Below, piece by piece: positions 46,452-59,826 of a stretch of DNA of 60,000 nucleotides. Below the pieces are notes generated by a model, which ran no database searches, was not told the origin of the DNA, and saw nothing but the letters and a program-made list of their open reading frames with translations. Both the position numbers and the translations under genes were made by a program. Source of the stretch: Squalus acanthias (taxonomy: Eukaryota); contig CM059432.1 in the NCBI GenBank assembly GCA_030390025.1, positions 71,488,001 through 71,548,000 of the forward strand, given 5' to 3'. Position 1 is the first letter of the stretch, and every line of letters starts with the position of its first letter.

Positions 46452-48704
46452 GGGGGAGTAATTCGGTAGCTTAGTGCTTCCAGTTAGCACCTGGTGGTGG
46501 TGCTAATGGGGCGCTGAGGCAGTAGCACCACGGCGAGGCGAATCCAGCGGCGCATGCCAAATTCGGCCCCCCGTAGTGCCGCCACTACGAGTCAGCGCCG
46601 GGGACTTCAGTGCCAGGCAGATCGTGACGTCAGCGAGTGTGCAACGCTCACTGGGCGCCCGATCTGCCAAATTGAGTATTGGCCCCCTGCCTTAGTGCCT
46701 GGTCCTGACAGCGACAGGGAGAGGAGGCATCAAACAGGCGGATGTTGGCTCCAGGGGCGCCACTTAAAGGGATCATTACTAATGAGTCGCAGCTGTCAGG
46801 TTAGTGGTGTTTCACTGCTTCCTTGTCAGTTTGGGATAGTTAAAGAGTTGAATTCATTCATTCAAAGGTTGTTTAGTCACCGGAGTGTTGCGGCTTCTAA
46901 AAGTTAGTTACATTTATTCTCACAAAATATCAAAGTGCTTCCTTACATTAATGGGGGCTATACTGGCAGTCGACCTCGCCCTCCAGGATCTACTGCGGCA
47001 GGAGCGCAGGCAGTGAGAAAGATTGGAAAATGTGGCCAGAGGGAGGAGGAGGGCCATCAGGGCTCTCAACAGGAGGCCTTACCCTCTGAGGGTCTTCTGA
47101 CAGCAATTCTCCGACCTTCAATTTATCCAGGAGCAGTGTATTAGAAGGCACCGCTTCAGTAAGGAGGTGATCACAGAACTCTGCCACCTCCTGCAACCAG
47201 ACCTCCAGTCTCAGATCAGGACAAGGATGGCTCTCTCAGTGGCAGTCAAGGTCACCGTCACAACAGGAGATATAGGTAACATCTCGCAGCTCGCCGTCCA
47301 TTGCTGCATCCGGGAGGTCACAGAGGCTCTCTACAGTAGGAGAAGGGACTATATTTCCTTCCCCATCACCAGAGAGAAGCAGGAGGAGTGTGCATGTGGC
47401 TTTGCCAGGATAGCGGGATTCCCCATGGTGCAGGGTGCCATTGACTGCACCCACGTGGCTTTGCGGGCACCACATAACAATCCTGACATCTTTCGTAACC
47501 ACAAAGGCTACCACTCACTTAATGTGCAGTTGGTGTGCGACCTCACACAGCGAATTCTCAATGTGAATGCCCGCTATCCTGGCAGCAGCCAGAATGCCTT
47601 CATCCTGTGCCAGACTGGTGTGTCAACACTCTTCCAGCCACCACATCAAGCTCGCGGCTGGCTGGTCAGAGACAAGGGCTATCCGCTCTCCACCTGGCTC
47701 ATGACTCCCCTCCACAACCCCAACACGTCTGCACAGCACTCATATAATGAGAGCCATGCCGCCACCAGGAACATCATCGAGCAGACCATCGGGGTGCTCA
47801 AGCAATGGTTCCGCTGCCTTGACCACTCATGAGGAGCCCTCCAGTACTCACCCACACGGGTGTCCCATTTCGTCGTGGTCTGCTGCATGCTCCACAACTT
47901 GGCCATCATGAGGGCCCAGCCCTTGCCAGCAGGGATTGCGGGACCATCTCAGGAGGAGGAAGAGGGAGAGAAGGAGGAGGAGGACAAGGAGGAGGATGAG
48001 GAAGGTGAGGTGGAGGAGGAGGAGGAGGAACAGGAGCGAGGGGGGAGGCAGCCACTCAATCGGCCTTCCGGAAGGGCAGTCCGTGACCGCCTCATCAGAC
48101 TGCGGTTCCAATAAATTAAACCCCGGATCCCCATTGCTCACCACATCCCCATCATTCCATGCCTGTTGCAGGCCATATCACAGTGCACAGCTGAAATGAG
48201 AGAAAGTACAAAATTATCCGAAGTGAATTAATAAATTTATCAATAATCAGTGAACACATCTTTACAACAACAATATTTACTATTCACCCTTCTGCCATCC
48301 CTTAGTGCCTCGTGTTACTGTGCCTTTGCCTACTCTAGTGCTCCTACAAAGTGTTCACCCAGTAGTTGCAGCACGGTTGGTGGAAGGCTGCTGAGTATCC
48401 GTGCAGGAGACTTCAGATGGCCTTGCAGGAGAGATCATGGGGGGGCGGGGGAAGAGATCGGATCGTGGGGAAGGGGGCAGATCACAGAAGGTTTGCTTGA
48501 GGAGCCGGGGGAAGCACTCCTGTTACTCCTGGCCCACAAGCATTGCTGGAAAAGTACTTGCGTGCTGGAGCCGCCAAACCCACCGCGGTTAAACCAAAAG
48601 TATGCATGTTCACAGCAGGTTGGGTTGGGTTTCCCCTTTTTAACAATTGAACCCCCTGCTCCCACTACTCTCCCACCCATCCTCTCATCGTTAAAATTCC
48701 CCCC
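46452..48704 (+). mobile_element. Harbinger left end and transposase fused to the right end of a different MITE
   Basis: TIR GGGGGAGTAATTC, transposase ~46949-48114, switch near 48430 to sequence like 10690-11160, end AAAATTCCCCCC. Confidence 0.8.
46949..48114 (+). pseudogene. HARBI1-like transposase (best-preserved copy, still disrupted)
   Basis: GFPMVQGAIDCTHV, NHKGYHSLNVQLVCD, YPGS, DKGYP, HAATRNIIEQTIGVLKQWFRCLD, CCMLHN, poly-E tail. Confidence 0.92.
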
Positions 48705-49943
48705 AATGGCTTTGGTGTTTCCAATGTTTAATTGGAGGAAATTTTGGCTCATCCAGGACTGGGTGTTGGACGAGCAGCTTGACATCAGAGGGGCAATGGA
48801 GGGATCAAGAAAGGTGGTGGTGAGGTAGAGCTCAGTGTCATCAGTGCACATGTGGAACCTGATGCAACGTTTTTAGATGATGTCACCTAAATGTCTTTTG
48901 ATATCTTTTGGCTATAGCTAAGCATAGGAAGATGTCATTATTTCTATTTACAACATTCATCCTGTCTGTTTGTGATAACTTGTGAAAGAACAGAGGATGT
49001 TTAGAACATGGAATTCTCTGCCACAAACTGTTGAAGCAGAGTTCATAAATAATTGCAAATTGGAATTATATAGTTTCATTAAAAAATATTATTATCGGTA
49101 TGGGAAGTGAATAGTGGAATGGTGTTCAACTAGATAGCTCATGTAGAGAAAAACACTGGCACAAACCTGATGGGCTGAATGATCTGTTTCTGTGCTGTAA
49201 AACTAACGATTTTATGATGTTTACTGTTTTTAAGCTATCTTTTGTTCCGAGCGTGGTTTCTAGTTTTCTATTAATGCCAATTCAAGGATGACCTGCCCTG
49301 TTTCTGCATTAAATTAACTTTAGTTCCTGAAGAAACGAAGTAACTTAGACATGAATGTACTAGCTTTTCAAATAATACTGTAGAAACCAGACATATAAAT
49401 TAAGTCTCCTGTGAGACACACTTTCTGGTAAACAATGGTGTCATCAGTCTGTATAATACACTCACTTCAGTCTGAGTGGAGTATCCTGAGGCAGAGTCAT
49501 TTCGGATGGACACCAATGAAATGTCTCACCTATCTTTTCTGTTTGTTTTTCTGTCTTTTAAGTGAGAATGCCAGGAGGAAATCATTTCCATTCACGTTAT
49601 CTACAAGAAAACATCATATTGTGTGTGAACTATATGAAACTCCCCAATGCTTCACATATCCTAATCTTAAACAATGGTGGGATGCTTAAAATACCACCAG
49701 CAGATACTTCAGTATAATCTTCATATCATGCAATTTGAATATTTTACTTTCTGATCTACTGTGAAAGTGCTGAAAAGCAATCAACACCACTTCCGTCCAT
49801 ATTCATGTCAATCCTATAACAATAACAGTTAATAAAAGTTATAGATTTCCATTAATAATCTCATCTGGGTCTATTTATCTAAACCCATCACATGTAGGGT
49901 TGTGTGTTTACTTGAACATTTTTTGCCAGTACATAGAAACATA

Positions 49944-51635
49944 GGCCACGATTTCCCTTACCTCGGTGGTGGGTTGCAACCCCGCTGCTGGCTCCAGCCC
50001 GCTGTCCAAAGTGATCTTACGCTGATTGGGCTTGTTATGCCCGCCCAGCGTGGTACCCAGCCAATTGAAGGAAGCGGGTCTGATGATGTCTCATGATGAT
50101 GCGTCATCAGCTGGTTTCCTTAAAGGGACCATGCGCAAATTGATTTTGACAGTTGTGCTGTCAGTGTTCTACAGCATTCAGGTGCTGCAAACACTGACAA
50201 GCATTGCACAGAGGTGCACGACTGCACTCAGGCTCTCCCATGACTCCCGCTATATACTTATGGAGGGAGTCATAGCACGCAGGGAGGTCCACTTCCCTTC
50301 ACATGGACGAAAGACACCTTCCCAGGTGATCAATGCAGCCTGGTTACACATTGCACAGGAGGACACAAGCAGGGATGTCGTCAGGAGGACCAGGCTGCAG
50401 TGGCGCAAACCTTTCAATGATCTCAGTAGATCACGAAACGTTACTGCAAAGCCATACTCAACCTCATCCTGCTGTGCCACTCATCATATCCCCATCACTC
50501 TGCCTTCCCTACTCTACTTCTGCACATCCTTACTCACACCTGCACCCATCCCTCTCTATCTACATTATCACTTCCCCATCTCACCAGCCACCCCTCACAC
50601 TCACCCTCATATTAGTCCAATCATACCAACTAACAACACACAAGGGTAGGCACTTGTGTGTTTTAGCTAATGTTCATGTGAAGTTTCTTTTAATGTGCTG
50701 TCAAACATTGAAATCTTTATTTTCAGCACTTTGCATTCTTGGACAGATTTCTGTGCACCTTTGGAAGTGGCTTAGTGAGTTGCAGTGAATGGTGAGACAT
50801 AATGTTAGCCCCCGCAATGAACATGAGTGTGAAAGGAATGGCTTGGCCATTGTAGGGATGCTTAATGGTGTTGGTGTGGGGTGGGGCCAACCTGGTGCAT
50901 CATGTGGCAGCCAGGGTGTACAGTGTCAAGTGAACTAAATCTGGCCACAATGGGGCGAACCCTGGCCTCCCAGGCAGCAATGTGCTTAGGTGCTGATGCC
51001 CTGTGTCCTGTGCAGCATCAGTTGATTGTGGAGAAGGTTGCTGTTGTTGTTGGTGCTGCTGGTGTTGGGGCTGATCGTGGTGGGATTATGAGGACCAAGG
51101 TGAGATAGTTTCAAGGGCACCGATGCTGATGTAATAGATGGCAGGTGAGGTTGAGATGACGGAAGCGATCTGTCAATGGTGAGAGAGGTTATTCCAATAA
51201 GATGACACTAGATAAAGAGTTTACTCCAAACACTTGCAACCTGCATAAAGCTCAATCTATCTTCCAAATGCAGTAAGCAACAGCTTGTGACCTTGGAAAG
51301 TGAGCAGCTGTTAGATGGGAGCTTTTATAACACATTTGCAGCTGTCAAGTAAAGAGATGATTTTGTGGTGGCACAACTCCCAACCTGCTTACCTGACATG
51401 ATCCCCGAGCAGCGTGGACCCCATGAGAGACCTTGTAAAATTTAAAGGTGAGCTCAAAATAGTTTTAAGTGGCTATTAAAAAGCTCTTAATTACCGAAAT
51501 TGCCTCACCCGCCGCTTAGTGCCGGGTCTGTTCAGCGATGACAGACCCGACATCTGGGAAACTAGCGTGGCGGTGGGTTGACAGCGGGTTCCCATCCACC
51601 AAACGTACCTGCTGACTCCCCGAAAAATTCCCCCC
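49944..51635 (+). mobile_element. Non-autonomous Harbinger derivative retaining Myb exon 1
   Basis: Ends GGCCACGATTT / AAATTCCCCCC. ARREVHFPSHGRK...AWLHIAQE...RTRLQWRKPFNDLSR at ~50210-50430. Confidence 0.7.
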
Positions 51636-51713
51636 TTTGTAACATAGTAACATAGGAATAGGAATAGGAATAGATCATCATTCAGCCCATTGAGCCTACA
51701 CCATCATTTTTGA

Positions 51714-51835
51714 GGTGTCAGACTTTGCTAAGTGGTATAAATTTCAGCTCTGAGTCAGGTAGTTCTGGGTAGAATTTAGCATAAAATCTAAGCTGACATT
51801 TCTGTGCAATACTGAGGGAATGCTTCATTATGGGA
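51714..51835 (+). mobile_element. Degenerate tRNA-derived SINE 5' fragment (SacSINE/DeuSINE-like)
   Basis: CTCTGAGTCAG...AAAATCTAAGCTGACA...GTGCAATACTGAGGGAATGCT resembles shark SINEs as I recall them. Confidence 0.45.
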
Positions 51836-51842
51836 AATGCTG

Positions 51843-54800
51843 ATTGCAAAATTCGTCTCCGTAGCGCCCGTTGTTTGGGCGCTACAAGTGCCGTTATGGT
51901 TCCAAACTGGCGTGCACGTCACGCGTGCACATTTCTGGTGTGGGCCGCACCAGACGTCATCTTGGGTAGGGCATTGGCAACCACAACCGAAAGGGATTCC
52001 ACTCCCTCAACGTCCAGCTGGTGAGCAACACTGATTTGACACCAGCGCTGCCATTTTGGAGCTCAACACTCCAGCTAATGCCCTGTTTTAAGCTCGCACA
52101 GCTGAACATGCGTTCAGCAGCAGAACCCCCAGCAGCGATATTTAGAGGGATCATCACCTACATACAGGTTAGTTGTTGACTGATTTCCATAGGCTGTTTC
52201 TGCATTTGTAGAAGTGTTTGGTAGTTTCTAGAGTTCTTTAAAGTTTCTAAAGTCTACAGGAAGTGGTGTGGCAGGTGCTGAAGGACTTTGTCCTGACTTC
52301 AAGGATTCTGCACAAACTACTTGCTCCCAGACATGGGTGCGGTAGTATGCATTCCACCTGACCTACAGCATGACTGGGAGAATGAGCAGGGACCATGCAG
52401 AGCAGGACAAGCTGCTGGAAGAGGGAGAAGAAGGATGGGGAGAAGGGCTCTCAGCAGGAGGCCATATCCATCCAGGACCTACCTGAACCTCAGCAAGGAA
52501 CAGTGTGTCAGATGTCAGCGCTTCACCAAGGATTTCCTCACTGAAATCTACCACCTGCTGCAGCCACAACTGCAACCTCAGAGAAGGGCGAGGACTGCAT
52601 TGCCAGTGGCTGTGAAGGTGACAGTGGCCATGAACTTTTATGCGCGGGCTTCTTTTAGGTTGGAGCAGGAGATATTTACATCATCTTCCAATTTACTGTC
52701 CACTGTTGCATAAGGGAGGTAACTGAGGCTCTGTATTCCAAGAGAGCTGAATATATTTCCTCTCTGGCCAGAGAGCAGCAAGTGGAGCGAGTACGCAGCT
52801 TTGCGAGGATTGCAGGCTTTCCCACGGCGCAGGATGGCATTGATTGCATGCATGTCGCTTTGTGGGCACCGCATGTAAACTCTGAGATGTACTGCAACCG
52901 AAAGGGATTCCATTCCCTCAATGTCCAGCTGGTGTATGACCATACTCAACAAATCATGCAGTCATCCTGTCAGCAGTCATGATGCCTTCATTCTGCAGCA
53001 GTCCGCTGAGCCATCTGTGTTTGAGCCACCACGACAAACCAGAAGGTGGTTACTGGACGACAAGGGCTATCTATTAACAAAACGGCTCATGACTTCGGTG
53101 CGCAACCCACGCACACGTGGGCAGCGTTCATATAACAAAAGCCATGCTGCCACATGAAATATCATCGAGCAGACCATTGGCGTACTGAAGCAGCGCTTCC
53201 ACTGCCTGGACTGCTCTGGAGGAGCCCTGCAGTACTCAGCAGAGTGCGTGTCAAGATTCGTGGTGGTCTGCTGTATGTTGCACAAACTTGCCATCCTGAG
53301 GGCACAGCCCTTGCCACCAGGCATATGGTGACCAGCTGAGGAACAAGAGGAGGAGGAGGAAGAGCAGGAGGAGGAGCAGAAAAAGGAAGGGAGGAGGCAA
53401 CCTAGACAGTTCCTTTCTGCCCGTGACTAACTCATCCAACTGCGATACCAGTAAACGCAACCCCAATTTCCCATTCACCAACAGTCCCACACATTACCTT
53501 CCTTCTGTCACTGACCATCACAGCGTCCTCTTGGCCACAATGCAAAAATAAAAGCACCACAAATTAAAAATTCCAAACCAAATTTATAAATAAATTAATG
53601 CCATGTTGCATACTAAAGTCAACTAATCACCCTTGTGCATTCCCTTAGTGGCTCTCTTCCATGTGCCTTTGCCTGTCCTAATCCTCCTATGCAGTGCTAC
53701 CTCAGTGGCTGCATCATGGCTGGTGGAAGGCTGCTGACTTTCAGTGGAGGAGACTGCAGATGGCCTTGGAGGGCAACCTCGAGCACCTCTGGGCCAAGAA
53801 GGCCCAGTTGCAGACTGCACCATCTCGGCATGGGCGGCAACAGTCTGGGCTGGCTGGCTGACAGGCAACAGCAAGTGCACTGGCGGAGTGGCAGTGGTGG
53901 GAGTACAAATGCTGTCATCCTGAGAGAGGACAACAGGTTCGTGCTCCACAGAGCCACTGCCACTCCCCTGGGGAGGCACCTCAGCAATCCTAGAAATCTA
54001 TTGCTGGACTTCTGTGACACCCTGCAAGCCCCTTTGAACACTGGTATCTGCAGCCATGATGGCAGCAGTCTGAGCTTGATTGGCAGCAGGCTGAACTTGC
54101 ATGACAGAAGCCTGAGCTTCCACTGCAGCACCCAGATGTTGGGTGGCTTCTGCTTGTGCTGCAATGGAAGCTGAGACATCGGCCATCAGACGCTGCTTCA
54201 TGGTTGGGCCCATAAGTGTGCAAACAGAGTTGGCCACCACTTCCATGCTGGAAAGGATGGGCTCCAAGCTCTGCGCAAAGCCCTGTGCCAAGTTGGTGCT
54301 GGACTCCTCCTTGCTCCTCAACATTGCACACAGGCTTTCTGGCACCAAGCATTTCATTGTGCATACCCACCAGCCTTCTTCTGTAGCCTGCCTCATCAAA
54401 GTGCTCATTTGAGTCCTCTGCAGCAGAACTCCTGTGGGACCTCACCCTCCTGGGAGCTGGCACCTGCACTACCCTTGCCCCGTGCCCTGGCTGCAGGCCA
54501 GTCATGTGCAGTGTCTCACCTCATGCAGGTCCTGCGTCTAAGCTATCCTCTAAATTGCGCGGAGTGTCAGTATCTGAGCTGGTGGCTGCAAGTGTGAAAT
54601 CGAGTGATGGTGCTGTGTCTTCATCATCACTGCCTTCTTCCTCCACAAGGGTAGGGTTGCGGTGTGGGGAGGGGGGAAGGTAAGAGGTGCATGCTGACAC
54701 CATCTGCAGCTTTTAAATCAAAAGACATTGTGGGATGAGGAGGAAGTGCGATGTGAGAAGCAGGATTATGTATGTGGATACCAGCATCTTCGATGATTTC

Positions 54801-55276
54801 AGCCCTGCCGCTGGCCATGGACTCAGCGATGGTCGCTCCAATGATGGCGACCACCATCGCCACCATCAAGGCAAGGTCATGCAGCCATATCTGTCCCCTG
54901 CCGATTAGCTCCAGTTATGCACCATCTTGTCCTGCAACAGAGAGAGACGTGTGTCAGTGAGTGTCATGCAATGTGTTTGGGTGATGTGCCTGTCATGGTT
55001 GAATAGCTGGCAGTGTGCGCAAGCTGTAAGATGTGGTTGTGAGGCTTGCAGCAGTACTAAGTATGTGAGGTTGAGGTGAAGCTATGATTGTGAGGTATGA
55101 GTCCTGCTTGATAGAGATTGTTGGTAGGTGAGTGATGGGGGTGTGGTGTATTGAGCAGTGTGTGAGGCTTGTGGTGCAGTTGGTGGGATATGGCACTTGA
55201 AGATGCATTCACTGACCTTGACTACTCGTGTGAGGTCATTGAACTTCTTCCTGCACTGCATCCAGGTCCTCGGGAC
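51843..55276 (+). mobile_element. Decayed Harbinger: transposase ~52333-53454 (+), Myb-like gene ~55276-53623 (-, 5'-truncated)
   Basis: GIDCMHV, NRKGFHSLNVQLV, DKGY, IEQTIGVLKQRF; PRTWMQCRKKFNDLTRVVK followed by a GTCAGT donor-like site. Confidence 0.9.
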
Positions 55277-55400
55277 TAAACTATTTTTTCCTGGTGTGAA
55301 TCTTCTAATGAGTACACAAGAAACTGCATAGGAAACCACAATGGAAACACAGGGCGCATTGTACAGAAAAAGTTAAACCATGATATATGGAGTGCTGATT

Positions 55401-58400
55401 ACATAAGAACATAAGAACATAAGAAATAGGAGCAGGAGTAGGCTAATTGGCCCCTCGAGCCTGCTCCGCCATTCAATAAGATCATGGCTGATCTGATCCT
55501 AACTGCCAATCTACTATCACAGAACCATCTCCTGAACCTAACAGAATTGGACACACGAAATAGGAGCAGGATCAGGCTACACGGCCCCTGGGCCCGCTCC
55601 GCTACCCACAGGGCCATGACCGATCCGAACCTAGACTCATGTCCAAATTCCTGCCCGCTCCCCGTAACCCTTAATTCCCTTTACTTCTAGGAAACTGTCT
55701 ATTTTTGTTTAAAATTTATGTAATGATGTAGCTTCTACAGCTTTTTGGGGCAGCATATTCCATGGACCTACCACCCTCTGAGTGAAGTAGTTCCTCCTCA
55801 TCTCAGTTTTGAAAGAGCAGCCCCTTATTCTAAGACTTATGCCCCCTAGTTCTAGTTTCACCCAACATCGGGAACATCCTCCCCGCAGCCACCCGATCCA
55901 ACCCCTTCACAATCTTATATGTTTCAATAAGATCGCCTCTCATTCTTCTGAACTCCAATGAGTAGAGTCCCAATCTACCCAACCTCTCCTCATATGTCCA
56001 TCCCCTCATCCCGGGATTAACCGAGTGAACCTTCTTTGTACTGACTCGAGAGCAAGTATGTCTTTTCTTAAGTATGGACACCAAAACTGTATGCAGTATT
56101 CCAGGTGCGGTCTCACCAATACCTTGTACAACTGAAGCAATACCTCCCTATTTTTATATTCTATCCCCCTAGCAATGAAAGCCAACATTCCATTGGCCTT
56201 CTTAATCACTTGCTGCACCTGCATACTAACCTTTTGAGTTTCGTGCACCAGGACCCCCAGATCCCTTTGTACTTCAGTACTTTCCAGTTTCTTGCCATTT
56301 AGATAATAACTTGCTCTACTATTTTTCCTGCCAAAGTGCATGACCTCACACTTTCCAGTATTGTATTCCATCTGCCAAATCTCTGCCCACTTACTTAGCC
56401 TGTCTAAGTCCCCTTGCAGATTTTTATGTCCTCCTCACTACTTTCCCTCCCATCTTAGTATCATCTGCAAACTTTGATATGTTACACTCGGTCCCCTCCT
56501 CCAAATCGTTAATATAGATTGTAAAGAGTTGGGGACCCAGCACTGACCCCTGCGGAACACCACTAGTTACTGATTGCCAGTCTGAGAATGAACCATTTAT
56601 CCCAACTCTCTGCCTTCTGTTAGATAGCCAATCCTCTATCCATGCCAAAATATTACCCCTAATCCCGTGATTTTTTATCTTAAGCAATAATCTTTTGTGT
56701 GGCACCTTGTCAAATGCCTTTTGGAAGTCTAAATACACCACATCCACTGGTTCCCCTTTATCCACCCTGTATGTTACTTCCTCAAAGAACTCCAGCAAAT
56801 TTGTCAAACATGACTTCCCCTTCATAAAACCATGCTGACTTTGTCCTATTAAATTATGATTATCCAAATGTTCCGTTACTGTCTCCTTAATAATGGACTC
56901 CAAAATTTTACCTACCACAGATGTTAGGCTAACCAGTCTATAGTTTCCAGCCTTCTGTCTACTGCCCTTTTTAAATAAGGGTGTTACATTAGCAGTTTTC
57001 CAGTCTGCTGGGATCTTTGCTGAGTCCAGGGAGTTTTGGAAAATTATTACCAATGCATCCACAATCCCTACCGCCACTTCCCTCAAGACCCTAGGATGTA
57101 AGCCATCACGTCCAGGTGATTTATCCACCTTGAGTCCCATTATTTTACCGAGTACCACTTCCTTAGTGATTTTGATTGTGTTTAGCTCCTCCCCCCCTAT
57201 AGCCCCCTGTTTGTCCAGTGTTGGGATATTCTTAGTGTCCTCTACTGTAAAGACTGATACAAAATATTCATTCAGTGTTTTTGCCATCTCCATATTTCCC
57301 ACCATTAATTTCCCGGTCTCATCCTCTAAGGGACCAACATTTACTTTAGCCACCCTTTTTCTTTTTATATAACTATAAAAACTCTTACTATCTGTTTTTA
57401 TATTTTTTGCTAATTTACTTTCATAATCTATCTTCCCTTTTTTAATCAATCTTTTTGTTATTTTTTGCTGTCTTTTAATGTTTTCCCAATCCTCTATCCT
57501 CCCACTAGATTTGGCTACCTTATACGTCCTTGTTTTTAGTCGAATACTATCCTTAATTTCTTTACTTAGCCACGGATGACTGTCTTTTCTTTTACACCCT
57601 TTTCTTCTCAGTGGAATATATATTTTTTGGAAGTTGTAAAATAACTCCTTAAATGTACACCACTGATCATGTATCGTCTTACCCTTTAATCTATTTTCCC
57701 AATCCACTCTACTCAATTCCACTCGCATACCTTCATAGTCTCCTTTATTCAAGCGTAGCATGCTTGTTTGAGATCCAACCTTCTCACCCTCTAATTGAAT
57801 ATGGAATTCAACCATGTTATGGTCACTCATTCCAAGGGGATCCTTTACTAGGACATTTTTAATTAATCCTGTCTCGTTACACAGGACCAGATCTAAGGTT
57901 GCTTGCCCCCTGGTCGGTTCAGTTACATACTGCTCAAGAAACCCATCCCTAATACACTCAATGAACTCATCCTCAAGGCAGCCCTGCCCAATTTGATTTG
58001 TCCAATTAATATGATAGTTAAAATCCCCCATAATTATAGATGTTCCCTTATTACAAGCCTCAACTATTTCCTGATTGATACTCCGTCCAACAGAGTTGCA
58101 ACTGTTCGGAGGCCTATAGACTATGCCCACTAGTGTTTTTTCCCCTTATTATTCCTTAGCTCCACCCAAACTGTTTCATTATCCTGATCTTTTGACCCAA
58201 TATCATTTCTCTGTATTACAGTGATTCCTTCCTTTATTAACATAGCCACCCCACCTCCCCTTCCTTCCTGCCTGTCCTTCCTGATCGTTAAATAACCTAG
58301 TATGTTTAATTCCCAGGCATTGTCACCCTGAAGCCATGTTTCTGTAATGGCCACAAGATCATACCCATATGTAGTTATTTGTGCCATTAACTCGTCTATT

Positions 58401-58794
58401 TTGTTACGAATGTTACGTGCATTCAGATAGAGAACTTTCAAATATGTTTTGTGACACTTAGTTCCTGCTTTTGCCCTTTTTATTACATTACCTTTTACTC
58501 CATACCTTCTGCCCCTTCCTGACACACTCTGGTTTTTAATTTCCCCACTGCTACCTAAGTCTATGACCTTCTCTGTTGTCATTTTTATTATTTGCTCTCT
58601 AGGAACCTCCCCCCCACTAGTTAGTTTAAAGCCCTCTCTACAGCCCTAGTTATATGATCCGCCAGGACACTAGTCCCAGCAGTGGCCAAGTGAAGCCCGT
58701 CCCAATGGAACAGCTCCCTCCTGCCCCAGTACTGGTGCCAGTGTCCCAGGAAGCAAAACCCATTTCTCCCACACCAGTCTTTGAGCCACTCATT
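55401..58794 (-). mobile_element. Long CR1 LINE: ORF1 C-terminus (SGNH esterase-like) and near-complete ORF2 with a few frameshifts
   Basis: ORF1 end WDGLHL..AGTSVLA; ORF2 [51 protein letters not shown]; (ACATAAGA)n tail. Confidence 0.95.
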
Positions 58795-58924
58795 GTTTGC
58801 TTACCAGCTTTAATGAACTATAGGCATTAAATCAGGATTAGAAAGAGTCTTCAATACTTAGAATGGCTAACTTAGAAGCCACTCTTCAGTAACTTTGAAA
58901 TCAAATTTTATGTGGGGCGATACT

Positions 58925-59826
58925 ATTGCTAGGGGGATAGAATATAAAACTGGAAAGTACTGAAGTACAAAGGGATCTGGGGGTCCTGGTGCATGAAACT
59001 CAAAAGGTTAGTATGCAGGTGCAGCAAGTGATTAAGAAGGCCAATGGAATGTTGGCTTTCATTGCTAGGGGGATAGAATATAAAAATAGGGAGGTATTGC
59101 TTCAGTTGTACAAGGTATTGGTGAGACTGCACCTGGAATACTGCATACAGTTTTGGTGTCCATACTTAAGAAAAGACATACTTGCTCTCGAGTCAGTACA
59201 AAGAAGGTTCACTCGGTTAATCCCAGGGATGAGGGGATGGACATATGAGGAGAGGTTGGGTAGATTGGGACTCTACTCATTGGAGTTCAGAAGAATGAGA
59301 GGCGATCTTATTGAAACATATATGATTGTGAAGGGGTTGGATCGGGTGGATGCGGGGAGGATGTTCCCGATGATGGGTGAAACTAGAACTAGGGGGCATA
59401 GTCTTAGAATAAGGGGCTGCTCTTTCAAAACTGAGATGAGAAGGAACTACTTCACTCAGAGGGTGGTAGGTCCATGGAATATGCTGCCACAAAAAGCTGT
59501 AGAAGCTACATCATTACATAAATTTAAAACAGAAATAGACAGTTTCCTAGAAGTAAAGGGAATTAAAGGTTACGGGGAGCGGGCAGGAATTTGGACATGA
59601 ATCTAGGTTCGGATCGGTCATGGCCCTGTGGGTAGCGTAGCGAGCCCAGGGGCCATGTAGCCTAATCCTGCTCCTATTTCATGTGTCCAATTCTGTTAGG
59701 TTCAGGAGGTGGTTCTGTGATAGTAGATTGGCGGTTAGGATCAGATCAGCCATGATCTTATTGAATGGCAGAGCAGGCTCGAGGGGCCAATTGGCCTACT
59801 CCTGCTCCTATTTCTTATGTTCTTAT
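58925..59826 (+). mobile_element. 5'-truncated CR1 of the same subfamily, opposite orientation
   Basis: Nearly identical to the reverse complement of 55401-56290, 203-aa ORF2 C-terminus, TTCTTATG tail. Confidence 0.93.

Larger units (their letters stand above)
45703..48890 (-). mobile_element. L2 LINE fragment (45703-46437 and 48705-48890), split by a Harbinger composite
   Basis: AFVTSTLDYSNALLAG..LKLIQNSAAHIL..PITPMLADLYWLPV; TDDTELY...WMSQNFLQLNIGNT; (AAC)n tail. Confidence 0.88.

Noticed and set aside
47167..47832. Domesticated HARBI1 host gene
   Set aside because: Multicopy, disrupted by stops and deletions, and flanked by a TIR, so it is a transposon copy.
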